The notes beneath the pieces are model-generated. The model worked only from the letters and a program-made list of their open reading frames with translations. It was not told where the DNA came from and did no database searches. Shown here piece after piece: positions 61,990-64,000 of a DNA stretch of 64,000 nucleotides (position 1 is its first letter; every line of letters starts with the position of its first letter). Location: positions 49,290,001-49,354,000 of the forward strand of contig NC_090344.1 in NCBI RefSeq assembly GCF_035084215.1, given 5' to 3'. Both the position numbers and the translations under genes were made by a program. The stretch comes from Heptranchias perlo. Lineage: Eukaryota.

Positions 61990-62430
61990 TTAATGAAACA
62001 CCAAGCATTGGTGGGAGAAGGATCAGGGTCGGAGTTGAGGAGGCTTTGAAGCAGGGTAGAGAGATGGCAAAATAGAAGGGTTTGGGGCTGTGATTGCTGA
62101 AGGGTGGAACAGAGGGAGAGGAAGACAGTAGGAAGAGTGAAGGATGTATGCAGCGCTGAATGAGGTTGCAGAGGTGGGTGAGACTGTGGAAGGACTTGTC
62201 GATGAGGACAATGATTTTGAAATTGATGCATTAGTCAATCGGGAGCGAATGAAGGGTGGCAAGGGCAGGGTTGATGTGGGATTGGAACTTGGCGTAGGAT
62301 AGGATGTGTGTCGAAAGTTGTGATTGTCAGAAGTTGGAGGCTGACAGAGTGTTGGAGTGATCAATTTTGGGGGTGACAAAGGTAAGTGTTTCAATGGCAG
62401 TGGAGGTGAGGTAGGGACAGAGGTGGAATT
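61990..62430 (-). mobile_element. Degenerate L2-like fragment
   Basis: Purine-rich decayed LINE-like sequence. Confidence 0.4.
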
Positions 62431-63245
62431 AGGTGGTTATGGTAGGGGAGGAGGATCTACACGCAGGGTGTTGGCCTGCCTTTTGTCTTCTGCATGCTGC
62501 TGAGCCTGCTTTTTCCAGAATTTTCTGTTTGTATTTCACTGCCATACTTGACTATTTTCGTTGTGTTTTGTTTAGTTGTCTCACTGAGATGATCTCCAGC
62601 TGGTATCATCTCCAGCCTTTCAAAAGACCTTTTTTGGATATTCTACCAGTGATCTCTCTCTCTCTCCTTTTGTTCAGTTGCAGTGAAAGGCCCAATTAAC
62701 TTCCATTAACTAGATCTCCCGAAGGGCCTACACCCAAACCATGAACCTGTTTTTTCTCTTACTGATACTGATTGATCATCTATGTATTTCCAGAATTTTC
62801 TGATTTCCACCATTTCTGATTTATTTTTATTTGTTCTGATTCTTTCTGGGGTACAGTTACATGGGCGCTGGATGCTTTCCGATACCTTGACCCAAATGGT
62901 CATTTCTCTTGAGCTGAGTTAGTGAGTATCTGCGGGCTATTTAAGAACATCCATTCAGGCCATCGAGCCCACTCCATTCAAGGCCACATATGATTATTCT
63001 AATATTTATCCAATGTGTTGAGTCTCAGTAATGCACAGTTAATTCCGAGACTATCAGAAAACGGTAAAGTCTCTGTGGAATAGTAGCAGAAATCTGACTT
63101 CTCTTCATAAACCAAGGGATTTATTTACTGCTTGTATTCTGTCTGTGGGCTGATTTTGATTTATGTTTCAGAATTGATGCTATAGAAAAATGAAGTACAT
63201 CAACAATAATGCATTTTCTTTTTTTGTACTTGTATATGTTTATAG

Positions 63246-63379
63246 GTCTTTGCTGGCAGGGATAGATGTGGACCTTGGACAAGTAGATTTTTCTGACTGG
63301 GATCACAGATTGCCACCTGCTGCTAAAAAGGAGATTGTACAGAATCTTCCAACTGTTCCTGTGACACCAGCACAGGCAG
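63246..63379 (+). CDS. RNF181: RNF181 exon 2 (gene continues beyond the window)
   Basis: tatag|G TCT...; SLLAGIDVDLGQVDFSDWDHRLPPAAKKEIVQNLPTVPVTPAQA G|gtagga; phase fits exon 1. Confidence 0.95.
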
Positions 63380-64000
63380 GTAGGAGTTTCAGTTCAGGGG
63401 CAGTGGTAGCTGGAATTAACAGAGTCCACCGTTCAATCTTGTTAAATGATTGAGCGGTGTTAGTGCCAGGGTGTAGAGCGTATGGAAGTGTGACTGGTTA
63501 CATGGGCGCCATGTGCATTTCTGATCCATACAGATCAGAGGGTTCCAGGTTCGATCCTCGGTCTGCTCTCAAGCGGAGTGACAGTATGGGTGCCACAATT
63601 GGCCTGTATCCCCGAGGCAAAGAAGGGGGAATATCAGCATTTACCTTTCCTGGTAAGTATCCTGTAATCCCTGATTGACTGTGTGTGGACATGTGTGCCT
63701 GTTGAGGGCAGAATCGACTCGACTGTGATGCTCTCCATGGAAAATAACTTTGTGACACTGACGAGAAGAATGACCACTTTGGCAAGGAACAGATCAGCCA
63801 TGATATAATTGAATGGCGGAACAGGCTCGAGGGGCCAAATGGCCTCCTCCTGTTCACATGTCCCTAAGATTCTGACCGGCGACCACACCTGTGGAACTGG
63901 ACCCATGCAAGGATTCAGCATCTTCAGGATAGGAGGGGGATCATATTGGTAGGAATAGAAGGGGGTGGCAAAGAAAGGAGGAGAAAGAGCCACAGATGAT

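Overview
Vertebrate genomic DNA, most likely a cartilaginous fish (shark), judged from its DeuSINE/SacSINE1-like, LF-SINE-like and CR1 repeats. Three spliced host genes lie on the + strand in the human order: VAMP8 (coding exons 9855-10007 and 11112-11255; first exon uncertain), VAMP5 (28954-28956, 32574-32720, 34648-34845) and the first two exons of RNF181 (61186-61271, 63246-63379). Most of the rest is transposon-derived: CR1 LINEs, two non-autonomous PIF/Harbinger elements (Myb/SANT gene plus truncated transposase), solo LTRs, Penelope-type inverted repeats with a minimal hammerhead ribozyme, minisatellites, and an intact but poly(A)-less RPL17 retrocopy. The most striking element is a 3.3-kb endonuclease+RT retrotransposon (54530-57817). 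It starts with a tRNA-Thr-like Pol III promoter, has no ORF1 and no AUG start, and shows no TTTT terminator on its sense strand. Internally deleted SINE-sized versions of it occur in the same window, making it a candidate Pol III-driven, protein-coding 'autonomous SINE'. All identifications are by eye and from recall of known families; repeat boundaries are approximate unless a target-site duplication (TSD) is given.
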